This document shows, piece after piece, positions 26,731-35,685 of a stretch of DNA of 64,000 nucleotides. Within the stretch, counting starts at the first letter, position 1, and every line of letters begins with the position of its first letter. The DNA comes from an uncultured Gammaproteobacteria bacterium. Its GTDB lineage: Bacteria > Patescibacteriota > Patescibacteriia > Magasanikbacterales > GWA2-37-8. The DNA lies in NCBI GenBank assembly GCA_964540825.1, contig CAZINT010000004.1:24835-88834 (forward strand). The letters are read 5' to 3'. The translations under genes and the position numbers were made by a program. The notes beneath the pieces were generated by a model, which was not told the DNA's origin, did no database searches, and saw only the letters and a list, made by a program, of their open reading frames with translations.

Positions 26731-27369
26731 ATGATTATTACTCCCGCGCTTCTCAACACTACCTTTGAAGACTTTGCCCGTGATGTCAAAAAAGTTGAAG
26801 GACTTTTTTCGTACGCTCAAATCGATGTCATGGACGGCGCGTTTGTACCAAATACGTCTTTTACCGAGATTGATAAAATTAATACTCTCGAATCATCGCT
26901 CAAATGGGAATTACACCTCATGGTAGCGCATCCACTCGCTGAACTTTCCAAATGGCCTAACGTTACAAATGTTTTCCGTATTATTTTTCACGCAGAATCA
27001 AGTGACGACCCCGCATCGGTGGTTGCTTGGGCACGAGAAAGACGGCTCGAAATTGGTGTAGCGCTTAACCCGGAAACACCGCTTGAAAAAATAAATAACT
27101 ACAAAGAACAATTGAATGTTGTGCAATTCATGACCGTGCACCCGGGTCACCAAGGTAATCCATTTTTACCCGAAGTACTCGAAAAAATAAAAGCATTTAC
27201 GAATGTAGCTGATCGCGCGTTTTGTTCAGTCGACGGTGGTGTGAGCAGTGCAAATATCGCCTTGCTCCAAAAAGCCGGAGTAGATATTGCGAATGTTGGT
27301 AGCACGCTCCTAAAGAGTACTGACATACAGAGCACTTATACAACACTAGAAAGTCTTATTAAGAAATGA
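26731..27369 (+). CDS. rpe: Ribulose-phosphate 3-epimerase
   Basis: IDVMDGAFVPN, HLMV, ALNPETP, MTVHPG, VDGGV. Confidence 0.92.
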   Translation: MIITPALLNTTFEDFARDVKKVEGLFSYAQIDVMDGAFVPNTSFTEIDKINTLESSLKWELHLMVAHPLAELSKWPNVTNVFRIIFHAESSDDPASVVAWARERRLEIGVALNPETPLEKINNYKEQLNVVQFMTVHPGHQGNPFLPEVLEKIKAFTNVADRAFCSVDGGVSSANIALLQKAGVDIANVGSTLLKSTDIQSTYTTLESLIKK

Positions 27370-27382
27370 TTATAAATCCAGT

Positions 27383-28333
27383 ATGCTTGATCTCGTTATC
27401 ATCGGAGGAGCCGCTGTTGGCTGCAGCGCTGCTGTCTACGCCGCCCGCCGCAAACTCAACTTTGTCATGATCACCGAAAATATCGGCGGTGAAGTCGCGC
27501 TCTCGGGAGCCGTGGGTAATTGGCCGGGTATTATTGATATTCAGGGCTTTGAGCTCGCTAATAAATTTGCCGAACATGCCCGCAGTTACGGCGTAAACAT
27601 CGAAGAAGGCTGGACTGTGACGTCGATTGTACCTACTAAAAATTACCACGTTATTACTGCCACCAAGGCTAACGGCGAAACTCGCACGATCGAAACTAAA
27701 TCAGTTATCATCGGCACCGGGATTCATCCTCGTCGCCTGGGCGTCCCTGGTGAAGACATCTTTGATCATAAAGGTGTTACCTACTGCACCGTTTGTGATG
27801 GCCCTATTTTTAAAAATAAAATTACAGCTACCCTCGGTGGCGGCAATAGCGGCCTCGAATCCGCGCTCATGATGGCGGGTATTGCTAAACAAGTCTATCT
27901 TTTAACTAAATACCCAAACACCCCCGAACATGCCGGCGGCTTTCCAAAAGGCGAAGCCATCTTGGTTGACAAGCTGAAAGCACTGCCAAATGTTGAAATA
28001 CTGTACGAAGCAATTACGACTGAAATTACCGGCGAACAAAAAGTAAACGGTCTTGTCTATAAAACCCCGACAGGCGAAACAAAATCACTTGCGCTCGATG
28101 CCGTCATGGTGCATATCGGCATGATCCCTAATTCTAAATTTGTTAAAGACGTTGTTGCGCTCGACAAGCAGGGCCAGATCATCGCCGACACTAAATGCCG
28201 CACCAACGTACCTGGTATCTTTGCAGCCGGCGATGTGACCGATATTCCGTACAAACAAATCGGCATCGCTGCCGGACAAGGTATTGTCGCCGCGCTGGCC
28301 GCGATTGAATATGTTAATCTTTGGAAAGAATAG
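27383..28333 (+). CDS. trxB: Thioredoxin reductase / AhpF-C-like FAD disulfide oxidoreductase
   Basis: IIGG, GVTYCTVCDG (CxxC), GGGNSG, GIFAAGDVT. Confidence 0.85.
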   Translation: MLDLVIIGGAAVGCSAAVYAARRKLNFVMITENIGGEVALSGAVGNWPGIIDIQGFELANKFAEHARSYGVNIEEGWTVTSIVPTKNYHVITATKANGETRTIETKSVIIGTGIHPRRLGVPGEDIFDHKGVTYCTVCDGPIFKNKITATLGGGNSGLESALMMAGIAKQVYLLTKYPNTPEHAGGFPKGEAILVDKLKALPNVEILYEAITTEITGEQKVNGLVYKTPTGETKSLALDAVMVHIGMIPNSKFVKDVVALDKQGQIIADTKCRTNVPGIFAAGDVTDIPYKQIGIAAGQGIVAALAAIEYVNLWKE

Positions 28334-28335
28334 GT

Positions 28336-28560
28336 ATGCTCTTGGTCTGTAGAATTTTTGCCAGCATGGGACTTATCTTTATATCCTATGCTGTACTGGT
28401 CAAAAGGGCACGCCTCCGCAATGAATTGTTTGTCCTCGGTGGCATTTTTCTCCTTATCTACAGCATCCACTTGCGCGACCCGATCTTTATTCCACTCCAA
28501 ATTATTTTTATTCTTTCCAGCCTCTACGAAATATACATTTTACGTAGAGTTAAAAAATAA
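28336..28560 (+). CDS. Small 3-TM membrane protein
   Basis: 74 aa, three hydrophobic segments; resembles next gene. Confidence 0.6.
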   Translation: MLLVCRIFASMGLIFISYAVLVKRARLRNELFVLGGIFLLIYSIHLRDPIFIPLQIIFILSSLYEIYILRRVKK

Positions 28561-28569
28561 CTTTTTTGT

Positions 28570-28914
28570 ATGAACTATCTTCTCTCAATCGTTCCAGACT
28601 TTTCGGCCTGGACACTTCCGCAGATCCTTGTCTACGTTGTCGGTTTTGTTGGAACAATCCTCCTCAGTTATTCCGTTTTTCTTGAAGAAGAGCGCCGTCA
28701 AGATTTAATCTGCATGGTTGGGGCTGTCGCCATGATCCCCTACTGTATCTGGATTGGTAATTTGTTATTTCTCATTACTATGGCCGGCATTGCGATAACG
28801 AGTGCGATTGAGTTTGTTGAAATTGTAACCGGCAAACATCCTAATCTCGGAGCGGAAATGAGTGAAAAAGTTAAAGATCCCAAAGGGAAAATCTACGAAA
28901 TACATACTAAATAA
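28570..28914 (+). CDS. Small 3-TM membrane protein
   Basis: Three hydrophobic segments; G-x-I-x-x-SY-x-V-x-x...VG...Y pattern shared with previous gene. Confidence 0.7.
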   Translation: MNYLLSIVPDFSAWTLPQILVYVVGFVGTILLSYSVFLEEERRQDLICMVGAVAMIPYCIWIGNLLFLITMAGIAITSAIEFVEIVTGKHPNLGAEMSEKVKDPKGKIYEIHTK

Positions 28915-28916
28915 GT

Positions 28917-29903
28917 ATGTTTAATCTTATCGCCATCGGCGACCCCTTGGTTGACACTCACGTACAGATCGACGCTTTGTGCGAATCATGTCAGGTAGTG
29001 TCGGGGCACCGTGATCAACTCTGTTTTAACTACGGGGAAAAAATTCCTATTGTTGATAGTTTTCAGTCGCTTGGAGGAAATGCGCCTAACGTTGCAGCCG
29101 GGGCAGTGAAACTTGGCCTTACGAGCACGCTTCTAACCACTATTGGCGCTGACGCGTATGGACGCCTCGTCATCCAGGAGCTTAAAAAACAACATGTTGA
29201 TACCAGTTTTGTTAGTAAAGACAAAAATCACAAAACACGCTACTCAATTGTTTTAAATTACAAAAAGGAACGCACGATTCTTTCATATTCAGAAGAAAAA
29301 AAGTATCGCTGGCCAACCAGCGCACCCGAAGCTGACTGGATATATTACACCGGGCTTTCCAAGGGTTTTGAACCAATTCAAGAAAAACTTTTAAAACATC
29401 TCAAAAAGCATCCCACTACTCGCTTAGCCGTAAACCCGGGCTCCTATATTTTAAAATACGCCACTGCCAAACTCCGAGAAGTGCTTCCGTTTACCGATGT
29501 TTTAATCGTGAACTTAGAAGAAGCAGAAAAGATCGTACTCACAACTCTTGAAAAAGAAAAAACCATAGCGCAACAACTTAAAAAACTCCTTGCAACCGGC
29601 GCCAAAGAAGTAATTATCACCGATGGCGCCAACGGCGCGTTTGCCGGCACGCAGGAAAAACTCTGGAGCATGCCAGCCTATCCTGTCGAAGTACTTTCTA
29701 AAACCGGGGCAGGCGATGCTTTCTCATCCGGTTATCTGGCCGCCCGCTTTTACAGCCACACCATTCCCGAAGCTTTAACGTGGGCTACTGCCAACAGTAC
29801 CAGCGTTATTCAAGCCCATGGGCCGCACGAAGGACTCCTCGACAAAGAACACCTGCTTGAAGTTGTGCGAAAATTTGCGGCTATTATTCCACAGGAACTC
29901 TAA
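28917..29903 (+). CDS. PfkB-family carbohydrate kinase
   Basis: GGNAPNVA, IG-x-D-x-x-G, NLEEA, ITDGANG, TGAGDAF. Confidence 0.92.
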   Translation: MFNLIAIGDPLVDTHVQIDALCESCQVVSGHRDQLCFNYGEKIPIVDSFQSLGGNAPNVAAGAVKLGLTSTLLTTIGADAYGRLVIQELKKQHVDTSFVSKDKNHKTRYSIVLNYKKERTILSYSEEKKYRWPTSAPEADWIYYTGLSKGFEPIQEKLLKHLKKHPTTRLAVNPGSYILKYATAKLREVLPFTDVLIVNLEEAEKIVLTTLEKEKTIAQQLKKLLATGAKEVIITDGANGAFAGTQEKLWSMPAYPVEVLSKTGAGDAFSSGYLAARFYSHTIPEALTWATANSTSVIQAHGPHEGLLDKEHLLEVVRKFAAIIPQEL

Positions 29904-29927
29904 GCCAATTCTTCACTAAAAACACGT

Positions 29928-30515
29928 ATGTCTCCGGCCGAACAATCGGACCTCGTTCTCGCTTGTCACCAGGGTAACACCGAAGCCTTTGGCAAACTCT
30001 ATGAACAATTCATAGAGCCAATTTATAATTTCATTTATTATAAAACGCATCACAAAGAAACCGCCGAAGATCTTACAAGCCAAACTTTTTTTAAAGCCTA
30101 TGATTCAATTAAAAAATGTGACCCCGCGCAGGGGACGTTTTCAAGCTGGATCTACCGCATCGCCCGTAACTCCATAATCGATCACTATCGCACCCAAAAA
30201 CAACACAGCGATATTGAAGATGCATTTGACCTCTCTGACGGTAAAAATGGTGAAAGTGATGTTCACAACCGTATTGAACTCACTAAAGTCACCACCTATT
30301 TACAGGGCCTTTCCAGCGAACAACGTGATATCATTATCCTCCGGCTCTGGCAAGAGCTCAGTTTTGCGGAAATTGCCGCCATTATGAACAAAAGCGAAGC
30401 AAGCTGCAAAATGAGCCTCAAGCGCACACTTGAAAAACTTCGCAGCGACCTCGGAAATGAAGCACTGTTACTTTTAGCCGGGCTATTCGTAGTACATAGT
30501 ATATGGACCATATAA
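29928..30515 (+). CDS. ECF RNA polymerase sigma factor
   Basis: AFGKLYE, AEDLTSQTF, FSSWIYRIARN-x-x-IDHYR, region 4 LSFAEIA; hydrophobic C-terminal tail. Confidence 0.93.
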   Translation: MSPAEQSDLVLACHQGNTEAFGKLYEQFIEPIYNFIYYKTHHKETAEDLTSQTFFKAYDSIKKCDPAQGTFSSWIYRIARNSIIDHYRTQKQHSDIEDAFDLSDGKNGESDVHNRIELTKVTTYLQGLSSEQRDIIILRLWQELSFAEIAAIMNKSEASCKMSLKRTLEKLRSDLGNEALLLLAGLFVVHSIWTI

Positions 30516-32095
30516 ATAAAACACTTGAAGAACTCTATCGCCTGGACCCGGAGCTCAAGAAGCATGAAACCATGCTTAAAAGCACCCTTGGCAAGATACT
30601 GGAAAGTAAACCGGCCACTGGTTTTGATCCAGCTTTTGCCCGGCGTCTTAAAGCCGAGCTTGCCGAGCGAGCGACCAATTCTTCACGTCCTGGATTTATT
30701 ACTAACCTTACTACTATGCTCCGCCTCAACAAAATGGCGCTTATGGGTGGTGTGGCCGGCGTTTTGGCCCTTGCCCTCGTGATAACCAACATTCCCTTTC
30801 ACCGCAACCCGTCTCTGGCGTTTGCCTATGAAATTACTCCTGTCGGCAAAATGGCCTTTGGCTCGCTGGCCGGAACGCAAAACGGTGCCCGAGAAGTGGC
30901 TGCTCCTACGGACGCCGCAGCCTCACCTGCCCCGATGATGACTGCCAGCGGCATGGGTGGCGGCACGACTGCTGCGGTAGCACCGACACTTGATAAGCGC
31001 GTCGCCAACTCCAGCATGATAGTCGCACCAGATATGTACCGACCAATCACGTACCGCTATGCCGGTAACGAACTGCCAGCACTTTCCAGCGACCAACTCG
31101 AAGTTTTCAAACGCCTCAAACCAAGCGCCGGAATAAGCATTAACGATCTCGGCGGACTTTCCAACGACCTCGTCAATCTCGGCAGCTTCTCAAACGCCTC
31201 CGCTCGTAACATCGAAATTGTTGAAGATAAAGACAAAGGTTATATTATTAATTTTAGCCTTACCGAAGGAGTGGTTTCCATTTCCCAAAATTGGGAAAAA
31301 TGGAATACCTGCCCGAACGGTATCTGCCCGGAACTTGCCCCACTCACCCAGGCTGATGTACCAAACGACGAAAGTCTCATTGCTATTGCGAATAACTTCC
31401 TTACACGTCATGGCATTTCAACCGAAGGCTACGCTGCTCCACAAGTAGAAGCGCAGCCTCGCTACTACCTCATGGACGCTCGCCCAGCCGCTGAATCTGC
31501 AACATATGTTCCTGAAACCATGAACGTTGTCTACCCGCTTACCTTAAAAGGTCAGACGGTATACGAAATGGGCAGTAGCCCCATCGGCATCCGTGTTTCA
31601 ATTAATATTCGCGATAAGCAGGTAACCGGCGCCTGGGATATTCGCAGCAACCAATACCAGAGCTCGCTCTACGATGTTGAAACCGACACCGCTCGCCTCA
31701 TTCGCATCGCCGAACAAGGTGGTAATTTATACGGATCATCCCCTACCCCTGAAAACGCTATCACCCTTGACCTTGGCACACCAACGATTGGCCTCGCCCG
31801 CACCTGGCACCCAATTAACAACGGTATGAACCAGGAAGAGCTTTTCGTTCCGGTCTACATCTTCCCTGTTAAACCACTGAGTGACGAAACCGCCAAACTC
31901 TTACCTTCATATTACTACCAATCAACCAGCATCATGGTTCCGCTCGTCAAAGAACTTTTGGTTGATGCCGATAAACCACTGCCAACACCACAGCCAATTC
32001 CAATGGACGCTATGATCAAAACTAATAGCGCAAGTCCGGTTTCAAACCCTCCAGCAGCTATGACCGAACCAGCTATTGCCCCAGTAAAGAGATAA
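30503..32095 (+). CDS. Putative membrane-anchored anti-sigma factor with large extracellular domain
   Basis: Overlaps sigma stop; short N-terminal cytoplasmic part (P-x-F-x-x-x-LK-x-x-L), single TM, P/T/A-rich exterior. Confidence 0.65.
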   Translation: MDHINKTLEELYRLDPELKKHETMLKSTLGKILESKPATGFDPAFARRLKAELAERATNSSRPGFITNLTTMLRLNKMALMGGVAGVLALALVITNIPFHRNPSLAFAYEITPVGKMAFGSLAGTQNGAREVAAPTDAAASPAPMMTASGMGGGTTAAVAPTLDKRVANSSMIVAPDMYRPITYRYAGNELPALSSDQLEVFKRLKPSAGISINDLGGLSNDLVNLGSFSNASARNIEIVEDKDKGYIINFSLTEGVVSISQNWEKWNTCPNGICPELAPLTQADVPNDESLIAIANNFLTRHGISTEGYAAPQVEAQPRYYLMDARPAAESATYVPETMNVVYPLTLKGQTVYEMGSSPIGIRVSINIRDKQVTGAWDIRSNQYQSSLYDVETDTARLIRIAEQGGNLYGSSPTPENAITLDLGTPTIGLARTWHPINNGMNQEELFVPVYIFPVKPLSDETAKLLPSYYYQSTSIMVPLVKELLVDADKPLPTPQPIPMDAMIKTNSASPVSNPPAAMTEPAIAPVKR

Positions 32096-32098
32096 GCT

Positions 32099-32131
32099 AA
32101 AAAAATCCTACCCAACAGGTAGGATTTTTTA
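32099..32131. terminator. Bidirectional terminator
   Basis: AAAAAATCCTACC...GGTAGGATTTTTT. Confidence 0.85.
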
Positions 32132-32143
32132 GTACTCCTAAAG

Positions 32144-32866
32144 CTACTCACTGAAAAAATCAAATTCACCGGGTATATTTATACCGCGCAAGCGATTCAA
32201 GTCTTGCTTACGCCCCTCAAAAAAATCAATCGACTGAAACACCGCTTCATAATCAAGCTCTGGCCCAAGTAAACAGAGGCCATATTCAAACCCCTTTACT
32301 TTCGAACGAATTTCATTCGCGAGTGTCGGGTGGTCTTGTTCTTTATCAGCCAGTTCTCGGAGTGTATCTAAATTTTTTTCAATTTTTTCAAGGAGGTCGG
32401 TAAATTCTTGTACGCGCCTTAGGTATTTATTTTTGTGCAGTCCTTGGACTTCTTGCGAAGCGTATTTGTCCAGGTCCTGCTGCAAGTCAACAAGGCGAAC
32501 GCTTAATTCTTGACGCTCTTCGGTTGTAAAATAATCCGCTGGCCGGCCCGAATGCAGGTCGCGGAGTGTTCCGCCGTAGTGTTTAAAATCCAAGTACTTT
32601 TTGTGCAGCTCGGGTGACAGACGGGGAAGTAAAAAATGCTCGCCCACCGCATTCTCGGCTGATACTAGAAACTCTTTATACGCCTGGTTCCAGGGCCACA
32701 GCTCATACCCAAACTCAATCATTGTATCTTCCACCTCATCAAGCGTCATTGTTTGGTCATTTTTGAGATGATCAAGTGCATGGGCCATTTTTTGTTTTTT
32801 TTCAGCCGGAAAGAGCGGTGGAATATTTTTATAAAGGTGTTGAAAAAGTTCAACGGTTGATTGCAT
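32144..32866 (-). CDS. Hypothetical helical protein
   Basis: 240-aa ORF with native codon style, co-oriented in operon; no recognised motif. Confidence 0.75.
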   Translation of the reverse strand: MQSTVELFQHLYKNIPPLFPAEKKQKMAHALDHLKNDQTMTLDEVEDTMIEFGYELWPWNQAYKEFLVSAENAVGEHFLLPRLSPELHKKYLDFKHYGGTLRDLHSGRPADYFTTEERQELSVRLVDLQQDLDKYASQEVQGLHKNKYLRRVQEFTDLLEKIEKNLDTLRELADKEQDHPTLANEIRSKVKGFEYGLCLLGPELDYEAVFQSIDFFEGRKQDLNRLRGINIPGEFDFFSE

Positions 32867-32873
32867 ACTTTAT

Positions 32874-32910
32874 AACTCAAAAGTCAAATATAAAAAGTCA
32901 AAACTGAAAC
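32874..32910. repeat. Heptamer repeat array downstream of four-helix-bundle gene
   Basis: aactcaa/aagtcaa/aagtcaa/aactgaa units, inverted relative to 33262-33317. Confidence 0.75.
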
Positions 32911-32918
32911 TGCACAAC

Positions 32919-33302
32919 TTAAAACTTTTTATTTTTTAAGGTGATAATGCTTGCACCGAGCATCCTTGAGATTTCCTCAGCCTCTAGCAAAAGAGCCCTT
33001 GCGGCTGGTTTATCCGCATCGGTTGCATCACGTAATAGACCTAGCCAATACTTAGTCTCATTGGCAGATTTTAGTGCAATCTCATAGAATTTAATAAAAT
33101 CTTTTCGTGAGGAAGCAGACTTACCTTCAATAATATTAGCTCCAACCGAAGTTGCTGAACGCATTAATTGATCGGAAATTGTCCAATACACTTTTTTCTC
33201 CGGAAGCGTTGTTAAAAATCTAATAACCTTAATTGAAAAATAATAGCAGCGTACTTTTAAATCAGTTTTCGGGTTTTGAGTTATTGTTTTGAGATTTGAC
33301 AT
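32919..33302 (-). CDS. Four-helix-bundle protein (23S rRNA IVP / bAvd-like family)
   Basis: DQLMRSATSVGANIIEG, S-x-KDF-x-x-F-x-x-IAL-x-SANET-x-YWL. Confidence 0.92.
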   Translation of the reverse strand: MSNLKTITQNPKTDLKVRCYYFSIKVIRFLTTLPEKKVYWTISDQLMRSATSVGANIIEGKSASSRKDFIKFYEIALKSANETKYWLGLLRDATDADKPAARALLLEAEEISRMLGASIITLKNKKF

Positions 33303-33317
33303 TTGAGTTTTGACTTT
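33262..33317. repeat. Heptamer repeat array upstream of four-helix-bundle gene
   Basis: Minus strand aagtcaa/aactcaa/atgtcaa/atctcaa/aacaat/aactcaa/aacccga/aaactga. Confidence 0.75.
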
Positions 33318-33765
33318 CGGCAATACGATACATCGCGACTCCGGCCGCAACACTGACATTCAAACTATTCTTCTTGCCTCGCATCGGAATCTCAAGTGTC
33401 GCATCACAATACTTGAGTAAATTTGCAGTTAAACCGGTTTTTTCGTTTCCTACCACTAGAACAAGTGGAAACTTCGGTTCGTATGAGTATATACTAACAC
33501 TCTTTTTCGTTTGCTCCAAACCAACGATTGTATAGCCTTGGTTTTTGAGTTTTTTGAGCAGCGTTCCAGTTTGCTTAGCATATTCCCACGGCACAAACTT
33601 TTCGGCGCCGAGTGATACTTTGTCGACCTGGGGATGCGGCGGGCACGGAGAATAGCCGGTTAGATAAATTTTACCTACACCAGCGCCGTCGGCCGTGCGA
33701 AACATCGCGCCAACGTTGTGGCCGCTACGGATATTGGGAATGACAAGAATAAATTGAGGAAGCAC
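33262..33765 (-). CDS. TrmH/SpoU-family RNA methyltransferase
   Basis: N-x-RS-x-HNVGAMFRTAD, VGNE-x-x-G, IPMRG-x-x-NSLNVSVAAG; C-terminus is read through the repeat array. Confidence 0.92.
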   Translation of the reverse strand: MLPQFILVIPNIRSGHNVGAMFRTADGAGVGKIYLTGYSPCPPHPQVDKVSLGAEKFVPWEYAKQTGTLLKKLKNQGYTIVGLEQTKKSVSIYSYEPKFPLVLVVGNEKTGLTANLLKYCDATLEIPMRGKKNSLNVSVAAGVAMYRIAESQNSNVKSQNNNSKPEN

Positions 33766-33771
33766 AAATAT

Positions 33772-33830
33772 AGTACTAAGTTTGTAAGTAGTAAGTTCGT
33801 AAGTTTTACGTACCTACTTACTACTTAGGA
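33772..33830. repeat. Palindromic heptamer-like array without enclosed gene
   Basis: TAAGTAGTAAGT (33785-33796) and ACTTACTACTTA (33816-33827) form a 12-bp inverted repeat; begins AGTACTAAG. Confidence 0.7.
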
Positions 33831-33846
33831 ACCTATAGTCTTGCCG

Positions 33847-34341
33847 CTATTTTAACCGCTGCATCCAAAGTGTCTGCCCGGCGCATAGCGCAATAGCGAG
33901 CGCGTCTGCCGCATCATCAGACTTAATCGGGTTTTTCATACCTAAAATTGTCTGCACCATGCGCTGCATCTGGCCTTTTTCCGCCCGACCATAGCCGGTC
34001 ATGGCCTGCTTTACTTCAAGCGGCGTAAATTCATCCACCGGCAGACCGTTTTCAATCGCGGTTAAAAGTATCACCCCGCGTGCTTGGGCTACCTGCATGG
34101 CAGTCGTCACATTTTTGAAGAAAAATAATTCTTCTACGGCCATACGGGATGGCCTGAACTCTTTGATCATCTTTTGAAGTTCACGATGGATTTCGGCAAG
34201 CCGATCCAAAAAGGCTGTCTTAGCATCCGTTTCAATACAGCCATACTCAAGACAGCGCCATTCACTGCCGTGCTGTTCGACGATTCCATATCCCATCCGA
34301 CCAAAACCGGGATCTATTCCCAAAATACGTCCTGCTTGCAT
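33847..34341 (-). CDS. ruvC: Holliday junction resolvase RuvC
   Basis: ILGIDPG, VEELFF, QARGV, P-x-x-VK, G-x-G-x-AEK-x-Q, DDAADALAIA. Confidence 0.97.
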   Translation of the reverse strand: MQAGRILGIDPGFGRMGYGIVEQHGSEWRCLEYGCIETDAKTAFLDRLAEIHRELQKMIKEFRPSRMAVEELFFFKNVTTAMQVAQARGVILLTAIENGLPVDEFTPLEVKQAMTGYGRAEKGQMQRMVQTILGMKNPIKSDDAADALAIALCAGQTLWMQRLK

Positions 34342-34367
34342 ACAAAAATATTACTACTCAACCACTC

Positions 34368-34961
34368 CTAAGCAACGATCTTTTTCATATCGGCATATAT
34401 CGCTTCAATCGCTGCCGACACTTGATCGGCCGCTGAAGCCAAAAAGGTAGCTTTTTCATCAACCAGCGTGCGATGGCTGTTTGAGAGACTATTTGCCAGC
34501 TGCCGCGCATCAAGCAGCCTGCTTAGCACCACAAGCCCAGTTTCATCTTCTAATTTTGCTTGAATGTAGCGAATCATTTCTTGTTCAACAGCTATTTTTT
34601 TAAGCATGCTGCTGCAGACTGCAATATCACGCCGCACACCGCTCACCTGAGTGGTTTCTTCATAGGTAAGACGGGGTGTACCGCTCTCACTAAGTTCTTT
34701 ACCGGCAAGGAGTTCCTGTTCTTGGCGTCGTTTTTCGTCAATTGCTGCCCGAACCTTGGTTTCGAATTCACTTAAAAGCACTCCTACTTTTTGGATAAAG
34801 GGCACTAATTCTTTTTTAACTATCTTTTCCTTCAGTATCGATTCTTCGCGAATCTCATGATCTTGTTTCCAAAAATCTTCCTTGCTTTGCGGCTTAGGAA
34901 TTGCAGACATAGGGGCTGTTGGAGACGCTTCGATACGGCGACGGTCTTCTTGATTATACAT
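34368..34961 (-). CDS. Hypothetical helical protein
   Basis: 197-aa ORF filling the gap between yebC and ruvC. Confidence 0.65.
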   Translation of the reverse strand: MYNQEDRRRIEASPTAPMSAIPKPQSKEDFWKQDHEIREESILKEKIVKKELVPFIQKVGVLLSEFETKVRAAIDEKRRQEQELLAGKELSESGTPRLTYEETTQVSGVRRDIAVCSSMLKKIAVEQEMIRYIQAKLEDETGLVVLSRLLDARQLANSLSNSHRTLVDEKATFLASAADQVSAAIEAIYADMKKIVA

Positions 34962-34964
34962 ACA

Positions 34965-35684
34965 CTACTCTGCATTAGTGAAATAATTTTCAACGTCATC
35001 GTGTTCTTCAAGCTCACCAAAAAGTCCTTGCAATTTTCCACCGGTTTCTTCATCAACGGCAACTGTATCTTTAGCAATCCATTCAATGCCTGAACGCAAG
35101 GGTTCAATACTTAATTCTTTAAGCTTATTCAACACTTTCTGTAAATTTTCTACTTTGGTTTTTACTAAAATTCCTTCGTCATCGTCTTGAATATCTTCGG
35201 CTCCCGCTTCGATGAGTGCAAGCTCTAATTCAAGGCGTCCATTTTCTAAATACTGTTTTCCAATCACAATCGTGCCCCATTCGCCGAACATCCACTGCAC
35301 ACTCCCCGCTCCACCCATGTTCCCGCCATATTTAGAAAAAATATGTTTCATGTCCGGCGCGGTTCGATTTTTATTATCAGTCACCGCTTTTACCATAATA
35401 GCCACTCCGCCCGGACCAAAGCCTTCATACAAAAGTTCCTCCATACGCCCACCTTCAAGCTCTCCTGTACCGCGCTTGATAGCGCGATCAATATTGTCTT
35501 TGGGCATACTTACTTCTTTGGCTTTTTCAATTGCCAGGCGTAGCGAAAAGTTTGTTTGCGGGTCACCACCTTTTTGCGCTGCAATAGTGATACCTTTGGC
35601 AAGTTTCGTAAACATGTTACTACGCACTGCGTCTTGCTTGCCTTTGCGACCCTGGATATTGTGCCATTTGGAATGTCCGGACAT
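34965..35684 (-). CDS. yebC: YebC/PmpR family protein (start corrected)
   Basis: MSGHSKWHNI, MPKDNIDRAIK, YEGFGPGG, TDNKNRT, DDVENYFTN. Confidence 0.96.
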   Translation of the reverse strand: MSGHSKWHNIQGRKGKQDAVRSNMFTKLAKGITIAAQKGGDPQTNFSLRLAIEKAKEVSMPKDNIDRAIKRGTGELEGGRMEELLYEGFGPGGVAIMVKAVTDNKNRTAPDMKHIFSKYGGNMGGAGSVQWMFGEWGTIVIGKQYLENGRLELELALIEAGAEDIQDDDEGILVKTKVENLQKVLNKLKELSIEPLRSGIEWIAKDTVAVDEETGGKLQGLFGELEEHDDVENYFTNAE

Positions 35685-35685
35685 A

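Noticed and set aside
27367-27369. Alternative genetic code (TGA = Gly) as in Gracilibacteria/Absconditabacteria
   Set aside because: Conserved genes translate full length in code 11 and rpe ends at TGA at its expected length
32919-33302. Avd-like gene as part of a diversity-generating retroelement
   Set aside because: No reverse transcriptase and no TR/VR pair with adenine-specific mismatches seen in the window
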